A DNA stretch of 55,877 nt from a virus. The stretch lies in the IMG/VR virus record IMGVR_UViG_3300045988_101944; one strand, 5' to 3'. Shown in pieces: positions 35,828 through 45,271 of this stretch (within the stretch, counting starts at the first letter, position 1; each line of letters starts with the position of its first letter). The notes under the pieces are model-generated. The model was not told the origin of the DNA. It was given only the letters and a program-made list of their open reading frames with translations, and did not search any database. Position numbers and translations under genes: made by a program.

Positions 35828-36406
35828 CTACTCTGTAAACTTCTTATAAAGTTCTGGATTCTTATTTTTGAACTCCACTCTTTCGTGGTAATTCATCTTG
35901 TTAAACTGTTTCTGTGTTATCGTACTTTCTTCTCCACCGCCTGCATTAATAGCCGGTCTCGATTTAAGCCACTCTGCCTTAGCTTCTTTAACCTGTCTTT
36001 GCACTTCATTGGCAATTACAGTTGCTATAAGGCTATGGTCTGCATCTGCAACCGCCTCAATCAAAGAATCAATATCCTTTCCATCGCCTATAACTTTCTG
36101 ATAAGCGTTGACAGCTTTCATATGATTAAGCTCTTTGCTCATATTCTCGAACTTTTCAGCCTGCAACTTTTCAGCTTCTGCCTTTGCTTCTGCCTCCTGT
36201 TCTTCTGCTGTCTGCTTTGAGCGAAGTTCTTTCTTGTACTTAGCTGCTTCTGAACTGGCTTTATCAGAAGCGTTCTTATACTTCTCTTTTTCAGCTCTTT
36301 CACTAGCAAGTTGTGCCATAAGCTCTTCTATACTAGGTGTCTGTTCTTCGTTCTGTGGCTCATTATTAGTTGTTGGTTCTGTTGTTGTGTTAGTTACATC
36401 TGCCAT
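35828..36406 (-). CDS. Scaffolding protein
   Basis: Start at the ATG at 36406. Contains the E/K/A-rich coiled coil EELMAQLASERAEKEKYKNASDKASSEAAKYKKEL and lies between portal and capsid. Confidence 0.7.
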   Translation of the reverse strand: MADVTNTTTEPTTNNEPQNEEQTPSIEELMAQLASERAEKEKYKNASDKASSEAAKYKKELRSKQTAEEQEAEAKAEAEKLQAEKFENMSKELNHMKAVNAYQKVIGDGKDIDSLIEAVADADHSLIATVIANEVQRQVKEAKAEWLKSRPAINAGGGEESTITQKQFNKMNYHERVEFKNKNPELYKKFTE

Positions 36407-36532
36407 AATTTCTTTACCTCTGCTTTCTGCGTTTTTTGTTGTTCTCTCAACTTCTTGCGATATTTGTATTGCCCTTTCTCTAGGGCATATAAAAAGCCAC
36501 AAGGCATTTTCTACCCTGTGGCTCAATATCAA

Positions 36533-38125
36533 TTATTTATCTGTTCTGCTCTTATCTATAACTGGACTATTTTCTGTCTGGTCTGATAAGTCTTGCATTG
36601 TGCGGTCTTTGTTAGGTGATTGTTCGCCATCTCCGCCCTCCGCTTGGTTCTGTGTGTCTTTGTTGATTATACTGTCTTGATATGCCTTAACCATCTCTCC
36701 GCTTCTCGCTACAACATCGTTAGGGTCGTCAAAGAACGGAATCGCATCAACTGTATCTTTAAGGCTAAATCCGTGGCTTATCAATGTTGCCATAGCATTA
36801 ACCTTGGTTGACATTTCATAAGTTTTTTGTCGCTTAATGTTAGGCTTTACATCTCTTGCCCTTAATTTAAGTAATGGATTGCTGCTATTAACATTGTTTG
36901 ACAGCTTGATAGCTGCAAGAACAACTTTTATCTCTTCCATTTTGCAGCCATCTGTAATTAATTGCTGTTTTGCCGCCGCTGTTTCAGCCTGTGACCAGCC
37001 TGTTGCGTCTGACATTGCAACTCCTGTACTACCGCCGCTGCTATCATTTCGTTGTGGCACATTGCATTTCTGTAAGATTATCTGTCGCCTTGATTGGATA
37101 TTGTTAAGCATACCTGTGTAATCATAATTGATTGCAAGTGGCTCAACTATTGGAGTTTTGCCATCTGCCGATGTATAGGTCTGCATCCATTCTCCAGATT
37201 TTGGCTTCCTTGCTTTTTCAGTAATGCGTTGCGTTCCATCTTTATCAACTGTTATTTCCTGTTCAACTGGGAAATCAACATCATTTGTGTGCCATACTGC
37301 CTGCGTATTCTGTTCAACATCATTTGTAAAATCTGAAATGAGTAGGTTTAAGTTATCCATTTCAGATATTTGCCGTTCAAAACACCCCATTCTGTCGAAT
37401 GACCTTGTGTATTCAATGATAGGAATTTTATGCAGTGGATTTTCTTCTCCACTTCTCTCTAAAAATCCCCATTTTGTTTTTCCCTTTTCTGACCCGTTAG
37501 TGATTTTTATCCCATCCGTAACTTCATAGCGAATATCTTTTGTAAAACAGGTGTAATATCTTGTACCACTATGTTTGTCTTTGATATAAGTGCCTGCAAG
37601 AATAACCCTCTTATCACTATAAGCTGTTGACCTTACGACAAATGTTGTTCTTGGGTCTAATATGTCATATGTAAAATAGCTTTCCCCATCCTCATATTCT
37701 GTATTCACATCAATAAGAACATATCCAACGCCACCGATTTCAACATATCTTGCAAGTTCCTGTTGCTTCTGTCTTGCGTTCTGCGATTCGTAGCAACTAT
37801 TTAATTCCACTATAGCTTCTGTGAGGTTAGAATCCTCATCGTCGCCGTTTTGAACTAGCGTTATAGGATTCCCCCACTTAAAGCCTAAATTAAACTCTGT
37901 GACTTCGTTAGCCACATTGTCACAGCACTCACAGTCAATGTCTGGTCTGTAAGTCTTTGGATTCTTCCTAACTATTGGCTGTATTCCTGCATCATAATCA
38001 AGAAGAAACTGTATTCTGTTGGAATTAATATCATGTTCCAAAATTGCTTCACGCAAAATTGGTATTATGTTGTCAGATGTTATTTCTTTTGCACCTGTAT
38101 AAATAACAATTCTTCCTGTCTGCAT
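36533..38125 (-). CDS. Portal protein
   Basis: 530 aa. Size and position downstream of the large terminase support the call. Confidence 0.8.
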   Translation of the reverse strand: MQTGRIVIYTGAKEITSDNIIPILREAILEHDINSNRIQFLLDYDAGIQPIVRKNPKTYRPDIDCECCDNVANEVTEFNLGFKWGNPITLVQNGDDEDSNLTEAIVELNSCYESQNARQKQQELARYVEIGGVGYVLIDVNTEYEDGESYFTYDILDPRTTFVVRSTAYSDKRVILAGTYIKDKHSGTRYYTCFTKDIRYEVTDGIKITNGSEKGKTKWGFLERSGEENPLHKIPIIEYTRSFDRMGCFERQISEMDNLNLLISDFTNDVEQNTQAVWHTNDVDFPVEQEITVDKDGTQRITEKARKPKSGEWMQTYTSADGKTPIVEPLAINYDYTGMLNNIQSRRQIILQKCNVPQRNDSSGGSTGVAMSDATGWSQAETAAAKQQLITDGCKMEEIKVVLAAIKLSNNVNSSNPLLKLRARDVKPNIKRQKTYEMSTKVNAMATLISHGFSLKDTVDAIPFFDDPNDVVARSGEMVKAYQDSIINKDTQNQAEGGDGEQSPNKDRTMQDLSDQTENSPVIDKSRTDK

Positions 38126-38136
38126 TATCTACACCT

Positions 38137-38346
38137 CTAATAAAATCTCATACCGCTTGAAGTTCTGCTATCCGGTATTTCCTTAATTTGAAAATTACTA
38201 TTATCGTTAGGCACATACCAAATCCATTTGTGGCAATGTTTACACGCTAACTTATGTGTCCGTGGGTCTTTGCTGTCTGCCTTAGTTAAGAACTTACGAC
38301 AGTTCGGACACATGATTGATTTATCTTTATTCATATAAAAATTCAT
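38137..38346 (-). CDS. Zinc-ribbon protein
   Basis: Start at the ATG at 38346 after CGAGG. Contains CPNC...CKHC. Confidence 0.45.
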   Translation of the reverse strand: MNFYMNKDKSIMCPNCRKFLTKADSKDPRTHKLACKHCHKWIWYVPNDNSNFQIKEIPDSRTSSGMRFY

Positions 38347-38486
38347 ATTTTTACCTCGTTGCATAACAAAAACACCGCTGCAATTAAGTAACGATGCTTT
38401 TCTGATAAAGGGTTTTTTATGTTTATGAAGTTTGCTTTTGCTCAATATAATAATACAAGATTTTTTTGTCACAATCGTAACAACTT

Positions 38487-38921
38487 TTAATTTTTTTTAA
38501 TAAATCTCTGAAAAGCCATTTTTACACTGCTTTCAGAATTACCCCCGATAATGTGTGCTATTTGAATCCAAGTCTTATTCTCTAAGAATCTAAGATTGAT
38601 AATTCTTCTCATCCTGCTATCATCAATGCTTGAAATAAACTGTTCAACCTCATTGGTTTTTTCCAACAAATCATCTTCAAGCAACTGCAATGTGGCTTTT
38701 CTAGCATAAAGAAGTGTTTTCTTTCTACTGTACTCTGGAAATGGTATGCCCTCAATCTTAAAATGCTGTTTGCCACCATTGCCGCCGCTAACAGAATCTA
38801 TAACCCTTTCTCCGGCTTCGATTTTACTTATATCTTTTTCAAGTCGTTCTATCTTTAGCCTTACTTCTTTTACTTCTTCCTGTAAGTCTGAATATTGTGA
38901 CAAAACTTCCTTTGTTACCAT
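38487..38921 (-). CDS. Sigma-70 region-4-like DNA-binding protein
   Basis: 144 aa. The C terminus RRIINLRFLENKTWIQIAHIIGGNSESSVKMAFQRFIKK follows an N-terminal coiled coil. Confidence 0.4.
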   Translation of the reverse strand: MVTKEVLSQYSDLQEEVKEVRLKIERLEKDISKIEAGERVIDSVSGGNGGKQHFKIEGIPFPEYSRKKTLLYARKATLQLLEDDLLEKTNEVEQFISSIDDSRMRRIINLRFLENKTWIQIAHIIGGNSESSVKMAFQRFIKKN

Positions 38922-38934
38922 AAATATCCTCCTC

Positions 38935-40659
38935 TTATATTGGACTTGACATAATTACTGTCTTTTTTATTCTGTTTCCTTTTGTCATTCTTAATGCAAA
39001 GTTTGAAAAAACATCCGGTACATCATCTAATTGTTTTTTACCTGACACCGAATATTGCTTTAATAATGACATCATTACTCCATATGGCTCGTTAGGCTTA
39101 TAAAGTGAGGGGTCTTTAAAAATAATGTGCTGTAATATCCAGTTAGAACATTGGAATATCCTTGCTTCCTTATTTGTTTCCGTTGGGGTGTCAGTGATGT
39201 TACATATCCATCCGACACTCTCAACACGCTTATTAACTTCCATTGCAACTCTGTCTCCACCGGCATTACGCTCAAATTCACATTCCTGTACTTTATTATT
39301 TACAAGCACGCCCGCTGCGTTCCTGTATTGGGCTTCATAGTCCGCTGTATTATCACACACGCAATCAACACAATAATAATCATCCCCATACTTTTGAAGA
39401 ATCGGTAATACAAAATAATCCGTTCCTTTTCCTTTTGTATCACATTGCCCTGTAATAATCTCCGGTTCTCCGTGTGGCAAATTAAGGTATCTGCGTATTT
39501 TATCATCAGGAAACAATAATCCCTCACGCTCAATGGGTTCTTGTTTATACAAACATCTATAAGAGATTTCATCCATCAAAAGTTGTTGGTCTGCAAAGAA
39601 CTCTTTTGTAAAGCCCCCATATTCGTAATTAAAATTGCTTTCTCCTGTAACCGGGTCAACATCCGGTACTGCAATCACTTTAACCCTCGGATTTTCCTCA
39701 TACATATTTTGTATTCTTCCAATAACATCATGTACCGACCACCTAGTAGCAATGTGTATCTCCTTACACGGCTTTCCGTCCGTGTCTTGCGTCTTACGCT
39801 GTCTTGCGTCTACTGCATACTTATTCCATAGTTTATCAAGAATAACTGGATTTAAGGCTTCCTCAATACCGCCTATCATATCATCTACAAGTAAAAATTT
39901 ACTCGCACGAACTTTACCAGCATTTTTACTTCCTACAGATGTGCATTGTACGCTTGGAAACGGTTTATATTTCCCTATGTTAAACTGTTCCATCTTTGCA
40001 TTTGTGCTTGTTACTGAAAGTTTTGGAAATATTTCATGCCATGCATATTCCTCGTCATTTGTCACAATGTCGTAAACGCCATCATAATACATTCGTGTAA
40101 TATCACCGCTATGCGAATAAAACAAGCTATAATCTTTCGGAAACCAACCGGCTATACCGGAGTGAAAAAACTTTTCAACCGTACTTTTCCCAGCCCCCGG
40201 CACTAAGCTGACACACAAAATATCGTATTTATCATCAATCATGCCTTGCAATGCATCAATAAGCCCAATTTTTACTAATTGCTTTCTTCGTGGCATATAA
40301 AATCTGTCTTTAGGCTCTCTTTTTCTCTCTATGTACTGAAAATAACTGTCTACAATTTTGTTTTGAGCTTCATATAATGTTGGTTTATAATATTTATCAA
40401 TTAAATCATACTCAACTTTATTCTCAAACGCATACTTTTCCAATTTCCATATTGTGCCGCCTGTTTTTTTCATGCAAAAACGCTCTACAAAGTCCTTAGA
40501 ACGCTTTGTAAGTTGCAATCCATACTGAATATCCTTTTCTGTATTTATTGCCACTCCTGCCGCTTCTATGTATGCATCAATAACATTTTCATCTATTCCA
40601 TTTTTCTCTATGTAATTTTCATAACTTTGAACTGTTTCTTTAAGATATTTAGATGCCAA
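38935..40659 (-). CDS. Terminase large subunit
   Basis: 574 aa with Walker A VPGAGKST, Walker B LLVDD and a C-terminal nuclease-size domain. Confidence 0.85.
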   Translation of the reverse strand: MASKYLKETVQSYENYIEKNGIDENVIDAYIEAAGVAINTEKDIQYGLQLTKRSKDFVERFCMKKTGGTIWKLEKYAFENKVEYDLIDKYYKPTLYEAQNKIVDSYFQYIERKREPKDRFYMPRRKQLVKIGLIDALQGMIDDKYDILCVSLVPGAGKSTVEKFFHSGIAGWFPKDYSLFYSHSGDITRMYYDGVYDIVTNDEEYAWHEIFPKLSVTSTNAKMEQFNIGKYKPFPSVQCTSVGSKNAGKVRASKFLLVDDMIGGIEEALNPVILDKLWNKYAVDARQRKTQDTDGKPCKEIHIATRWSVHDVIGRIQNMYEENPRVKVIAVPDVDPVTGESNFNYEYGGFTKEFFADQQLLMDEISYRCLYKQEPIEREGLLFPDDKIRRYLNLPHGEPEIITGQCDTKGKGTDYFVLPILQKYGDDYYCVDCVCDNTADYEAQYRNAAGVLVNNKVQECEFERNAGGDRVAMEVNKRVESVGWICNITDTPTETNKEARIFQCSNWILQHIIFKDPSLYKPNEPYGVMMSLLKQYSVSGKKQLDDVPDVFSNFALRMTKGNRIKKTVIMSSPI

Positions 40660-40758
40660 AAAAGAAGCACCTCGCTTTCTAGCAAAGGTGCTTATAGACC
40701 TCTGCCTATAATTGTTTTAGGGTAGCGACTAACTCCGTTTGTTAGCCGGTAATTGTTT

Positions 40759-41967
40759 TTATTCGTTTGCTTTGAAATTGTAAATCGGTTTAATAATGTC
40801 AACTATTTCAACAGTATCTTTTATATTTCCAATTATTTCATCCATTGTTTTATATGCCATAGGGCTTTCATCAATCGTAGATGTATTTACGGATGTTGTA
40901 AATATTCCATCCATTGCTTTTTGATACTCTTCTAGCAAAATGCTTTCTTTTGCTTTTGACCTGCTCATTGTTCGCCCTGCTCCATGCGGTGCTGAATAAT
41001 TCCAATCTTCATTTCCTTTGCCAATTCCCAAAATGCAACCGTCACGCATGTTTATCGGTATTAGTACCTTTTCGCCTGTTTTTGCAGAAATAGCACCTTT
41101 ACGAACAATATTTGTATCGTGTTCAATGTAGTTGTGAATTGTTTGAAATCGTTCTGTTTCTTTTGTAACTTTCCAACCCATATAGTAACAAATAATGCTC
41201 TGAATGGCTCTTCTGTTAATTTCCGCAAACTCTTGACATAATTTCATATCGTGCAAATACATTTCTCTATGTTTTCCAACAAGATATGATAACTCTCTAG
41301 GGATTTTAGTTGTATTTGCTTCGTAGGACTGCTTTAATTCTTTGATAGCCTTGCTGATTTCTCTTTCTCTTTTACATTTTTTGTATTCAGCAATCAATTT
41401 CTCACTATCTTGTTTAAAATTCGATTTTCCCGATATATCATCAATCGCCATTTGCTGATATATTTCTGCAACTTGCTTTCCGACATTTCTACTTCCCGAA
41501 TGAATAACAAGATATTTATTATTCTTGCTATCGCTATCAACTTCGATAAAATGATTGCCGCCTCCCAACGTGCCGCAACTCCTTTTCAGCCAATCTATAT
41601 TTTTCAACTGTTCCTTGCAATACAATTTTTCAATAATATCGCTTGCGACAGACGAGTTTTCTTCTCCATGAACTTTTCTACCGCTTGGAACATATTCTCT
41701 AATGATGTTATCCAATCTCTCAAAATCAATATCAATATTCCCCAAGTTTGTAGTAAGCATCCCACAGCCTATGTCAACTCCAACAATGTTCGGTATTACT
41801 TTTTCTCCTAAATCAGCAGTAAACCCGATAACACACCCTGCTCCTGCATGAACATCTGGCATAATTCTTATCTTACAATCCGAAAATGCTGGCTGTTTAA
41901 CAAGCGTATATATCTGATTTAACGCTTCCTGTTCTATATTTTCTGTAAATATTTTCAAATCAGCCAT
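40759..41967 (-). CDS. rtcB: RtcB RNA 3'-phosphate/2',3'-cyclic-phosphate to 5'-OH ligase
   Basis: 402 aa with the RtcB motifs MPDVHAGAG, GVDIGCGM, GGGNHFIE, HSGSRNVG and SAPHGAGR. Confidence 0.9.
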   Translation of the reverse strand: MADLKIFTENIEQEALNQIYTLVKQPAFSDCKIRIMPDVHAGAGCVIGFTADLGEKVIPNIVGVDIGCGMLTTNLGNIDIDFERLDNIIREYVPSGRKVHGEENSSVASDIIEKLYCKEQLKNIDWLKRSCGTLGGGNHFIEVDSDSKNNKYLVIHSGSRNVGKQVAEIYQQMAIDDISGKSNFKQDSEKLIAEYKKCKREREISKAIKELKQSYEANTTKIPRELSYLVGKHREMYLHDMKLCQEFAEINRRAIQSIICYYMGWKVTKETERFQTIHNYIEHDTNIVRKGAISAKTGEKVLIPINMRDGCILGIGKGNEDWNYSAPHGAGRTMSRSKAKESILLEEYQKAMDGIFTTSVNTSTIDESPMAYKTMDEIIGNIKDTVEIVDIIKPIYNFKANE

Positions 41968-41992
41968 GATACGTTCCCCTTTCCGCTGATAA

Positions 41993-42457
41993 TCAGCAAT
42001 TTATTTTAATGCCCTCTGTTAATATGGCGGTTTTTTCCTCATTCAGAATTGTATTTCCGTTTTCATCCGTTTTATGCCATCGTGCATTAACTTTAATCAT
42101 TGGGCTTTGGTTTGAATGACTGATAAAATGTAACTCCATGTCCGTACATCTTACTTTTTCACCGTCAATAAATATTTGTGCGGTTTTGCCATCGGATATT
42201 ATCTTGATTTTTTCTTTTGTAACTTCAATAGGCTCGCATTTGTACATGGATTTCCATGAATCTTCATGCCACTTATCTATTTCATCAATAACAGCACTCG
42301 CATAATAAGTCGGTTTGCTCATTGTTTTCGTTCGGCTACACAATACTTCTTGATAGTTTTTGATAATAAATTCGCAATCATCGCCGTTATACTCATAATC
42401 TTTATAAAACTGATAAAACGATTTTAGATTTTTAATAAATCTAATCAGTGTTTTCAT
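41993..42457 (-). CDS. Hypothetical protein
   Basis: 154 aa track ORF. Confidence 0.5.
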   Translation of the reverse strand: MKTLIRFIKNLKSFYQFYKDYEYNGDDCEFIIKNYQEVLCSRTKTMSKPTYYASAVIDEIDKWHEDSWKSMYKCEPIEVTKEKIKIISDGKTAQIFIDGEKVRCTDMELHFISHSNQSPMIKVNARWHKTDENGNTILNEEKTAILTEGIKINC

Positions 42458-42463
42458 TTCTAT

Positions 42464-42643
42464 TCACCCCTTAAAGCAATCTCTCAACGCTTGCCTGTCT
42501 GCTTCATTATCTGCCACAATAACTGGTTCATCTTCTAAAATGGAACAATCTATAGGCTCACCGTTTCTACCACCTATTTTATGTGGCTGTATCTCTCTAA
42601 ACGCTCCACATTCTATTGATTTAATTACATCTGCCATGCTCAT
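42464..42643 (-). CDS. Small hypothetical ORF (59 aa)
   Basis: Own translation MSMADVIKSIECGAFREIQPHKIGGRNGEP...; it fills an otherwise empty gap. Confidence 0.35.
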   Translation of the reverse strand: MSMADVIKSIECGAFREIQPHKIGGRNGEPIDCSILEDEPVIVADNEADRQALRDCFKG

Positions 42644-42654
42644 TTTTAAAACTC

Positions 42655-42873
42655 CTATTCTGCCAACAACTTATGCAGTTCCAACGCTTCATCATCTTTG
42701 ATAAGTTTTCTGATATAGGGTTTTCCGTTATAGTTCTCAAATACCATTGCTAACGGTCGGTCTCCTGTTTCCAAGCCTAAATCAAACGCAACTGACATTA
42801 CTTCTTCGCCAGCTTTTTCAACTCTAGCTTTTGGAATTATCACATTTTCAGGCATTTTAAATATTTTACTCAT
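42655..42873 (-). CDS. Hypothetical protein
   Basis: 72 aa track ORF. Confidence 0.4.
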   Translation of the reverse strand: MSKIFKMPENVIIPKARVEKAGEEVMSVAFDLGLETGDRPLAMVFENYNGKPYIRKLIKDDEALELHKLLAE

Positions 42874-42890
42874 TCTTCCACCTCGCCAAA

Positions 42891-43163
42891 CTATTTATGA
42901 TTCTTCCACCAAAACAAAATTTTTTCACGTGGGATAGCATATGTACTGTGCATAAATTCTTCTGAACCCTCATAAACAATTACGGAGTTAAAATCAATGC
43001 GGTCTTTAAATAGTTCACAGTTTTTTGCAACTTTATCCATGGCATATACTATTGCCTCATCATAAGTCTTAAACCATTTTTCTGCTGCACCATATGCAAG
43101 AGGGCAAGTTCCGCTCTCGTCAAATACGATATATCCGTCTTTACTTTGTGTTAATTCATTCAT
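42891..43163 (-). CDS. Hypothetical protein
   Basis: 90 aa track ORF. Confidence 0.4.
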   Translation of the reverse strand: MNELTQSKDGYIVFDESGTCPLAYGAAEKWFKTYDEAIVYAMDKVAKNCELFKDRIDFNSVIVYEGSEEFMHSTYAIPREKILFWWKNHK

Positions 43164-43573
43164 TTTTCCACCTTTCTATACGGATTAAAAAATTCTTTGT
43201 CCTGTCCGATTCCAAGATGTTCTCTCAACGCAAAATTAGTTATCTGCTCTCGATTAAAAGAATTTCTGACAATATAATTTGCTAAATCCCCATCTTTCCA
43301 TCTGTCCGTACCTGTCATAGAATCATAAATCTGTTTATATTCTCCGGTCAGCTTGCCAAATTCAAACCATCCCAAGTCAAGTGTTACTCCGTAATCATAA
43401 AATCCCTTGTCGCACCACTTTCTGACATAATACATTAACTGCTTGTATGAGAACCCAAGCCTTTCAAAAATATTTCCAATAGTTCTTATGCTCAATTCAC
43501 GGTCGCTCGAACGCAATTTTCTTTTCTGCTCATTCACGCAAGCTCTAAAAAATATTTCTTCTAATGGCTTCAT
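43160..43573 (-). CDS. Hypothetical protein
   Basis: 137 aa track ORF. Confidence 0.45.
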   Translation of the reverse strand: MKPLEEIFFRACVNEQKRKLRSSDRELSIRTIGNIFERLGFSYKQLMYYVRKWCDKGFYDYGVTLDLGWFEFGKLTGEYKQIYDSMTGTDRWKDGDLANYIVRNSFNREQITNFALREHLGIGQDKEFFNPYRKVEK

Positions 43574-43833
43574 TCTTTCACCAGCTTTCTACCACAGATA
43601 GGGCAAAACACAATCTCAAAATATCCTCTCGCTATTCCATTCTTGCCCCAAATAATGATTGACGGATTATCTTCGCCATGAAGATATACTTGGCAATCTT
43701 TCAAATCCGTTTCTGTTGCGCATTTATTGATTGCAATTTCTTTTCCCGTTATCATTCCTTTTTGTGAATGATATTTGTCACAAAATTCACACATACTTAG
43801 TCCTCGCTCAGTTTTTTGCCACACATAGGGCAA
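43570..43833 (-). CDS. Zinc-ribbon protein
   Basis: 87 aa with CEFC...CPIC. Confidence 0.45.
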   Translation of the reverse strand: MPYVWQKTERGLSMCEFCDKYHSQKGMITGKEIAINKCATETDLKDCQVYLHGEDNPSIIIWGKNGIARGYFEIVFCPICGRKLVKE

Positions 43834-44027
43834 TAAGATATTTGCTTTTTTAATGTTGTAAGATTAAAGTAATCTAATAAGTGATTAGAAACTATTTCAA
43901 ACATCAATTCATTGCCTTTTATTGTAGCTTGAAAAACTTGTATTTTCTCGTTCATTATGCCGTCTTGTTCTACATTTAAAATTATAGGTTTAGCTTTATT
44001 ATTGCAAAACTTACACATATTCATCAT
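43797..44027 (-). CDS. Zinc-ribbon protein
   Basis: 76 aa with CKFC...CPMC. Confidence 0.45.
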   Translation of the reverse strand: MMNMCKFCNNKAKPIILNVEQDGIMNEKIQVFQATIKGNELMFEIVSNHLLDYFNLTTLKKQISYCPMCGKKLSED

Positions 44028-44506
44028 TCCTTTTTGTTGTATTTACAATACACAAGCAAATGCTCCGCAATCTGTTCTAACTCGTCAATTCCATACTTAC
44101 TGCTTTCAGTTTTTCTCCCTGTAAACGAAATACTGTGTTCATATGTTTCATTGATGAGCATATCGACAACTTCTAGTGGGTCAAACGGCAACTCTTTGTT
44201 TTCGTTTTTCTTATTTTCACATTTTTCCAAGTCATATTTTAATTGTTTGTTGTAGTTACTTAAATCACTGCATTTTTTCTTCCAGCACTCGATTTCATCT
44301 ATAAACTTTTTGTCATGCTCCGTAAAATCAAGTTTATCAAAAACAATCTCTAATAAGCCTCCAGTCATAATGCTCTGTTCACATTCTGAACAATGTACCG
44401 TCACTCCGTTTTCTTTTAATAATTTACCAATAGTGTTTGTAAACTCCATAGCCATCTCTTTATCTTTTATGTCAGTTATTTTTCTTGTTAATTCTTCAAA
44501 ATCCAT
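44024..44506 (-). CDS. Hypothetical protein
   Basis: 160 aa track ORF. Confidence 0.45.
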   Translation of the reverse strand: MDFEELTRKITDIKDKEMAMEFTNTIGKLLKENGVTVHCSECEQSIMTGGLLEIVFDKLDFTEHDKKFIDEIECWKKKCSDLSNYNKQLKYDLEKCENKKNENKELPFDPLEVVDMLINETYEHSISFTGRKTESSKYGIDELEQIAEHLLVYCKYNKKE

Positions 44507-44517
44507 TACCTACTACC

Positions 44518-45036
44518 TCACTGTTTATATTCTTTGATAATCTGTGAAATCCGCCCCTGTGAGCACCCCATTTCATCAGCAATCTTTGCTTGCGACCATT
44601 TGGCATTATGTAAAGCCATTACCTTGCCTACATCAATAGAACTCTTTTCCACTGATGTTTTATTAGAAGTATCTGTTTCTTCATTTTCGTTCTCGTTATC
44701 TTCTCCAAAAACTTCGGTATATTCATCCCGAACCTGTTCTTCAAATGCCTTTTGATTTGCGTTATCTTTCTCTCTGTCCAGTTCCATCGTTGTCATAACA
44801 CAATATCCAGCAAGGTCTAGCAGCGTATCTCTTATAGTTTCGTCAGCAACTTTCTGTTCTGCTCCTAATGCCATATTATCAAGTCTGTTCCATTTATCTT
44901 CCATGCGAACCATAGCCGCTACTAATCCATATTTCTTAAATGAACGACTAAAGCTATCGCCGTAATCGTGATTTTTCTTGACATATGTATCATGTATCTG
45001 TTGTAAAAGTATTTTGTGTTGTTCCAAATTATCCAT
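44518..45036 (-). CDS. DUF1599-like (nucleotide-modification-associated) domain fused to a C-terminal HTH
   Basis: N terminus KKNHDYGDSF...MVRMEDKWNRL...DLAGYCVM. C terminus WSQAKIADEMGCSQGRISQIIKEY. Confidence 0.5.
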   Translation of the reverse strand: MDNLEQHKILLQQIHDTYVKKNHDYGDSFSRSFKKYGLVAAMVRMEDKWNRLDNMALGAEQKVADETIRDTLLDLAGYCVMTTMELDREKDNANQKAFEEQVRDEYTEVFGEDNENENEETDTSNKTSVEKSSIDVGKVMALHNAKWSQAKIADEMGCSQGRISQIIKEYKQ

Positions 45037-45093
45037 ATTTCTTACCTCTCACTTAAATTATTAAATCACCTATGAACTCACAGTTGTCGTAAA

Positions 45094-45203
45094 ATAGTTG
45101 CCGTGGGAGTCGAACCCACCCGACCCAAACAATGCTCGACTGCTTTTGAATCTGCAAATTCTACTTGCAGAAGTGTTTTTCGTTGACCGATAATGAGCAA
45201 CTA
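45094..45203 (-). ncRNA. 109-nt tRNA-like gene with an 8-bp acceptor plus 5-bp T stem (tRNA-Sec/allo-tRNA-like geometry) and non-standard internal arms
   Basis: Folded by eye. Acceptor TAGTTGCT/GGCAACTA; D-position TTATCG-GTCAA-CGAAAA; hairpin TCTGCAA-GTAGAAT-TTGCAGA; extra arm AAGCAG-TCGAGCA-TTGTTT; T arm GTGGG-TTCGACT-CCCAC. Confidence 0.45.
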
Positions 45204-45271
45204 CTATCCATACATCTCCCATCGACCGGAACTATTGCAGTAGTGCCCGACCAAGTGGAGATAAAGATAAG

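Noticed and set aside
45140-45155. The UCA triplet in GAUUCAAAAG (also AUUCAAAAG at about 46022-46030) as the anticodon of a suppressor or selenocysteine tRNA for the in-frame TGA at 8357.
   Set aside because: In neither place could the triplet be put at positions 34-36 of a 7-nt loop closed by a 5-6 bp stem. The adjacent stable hairpins present other triplets.
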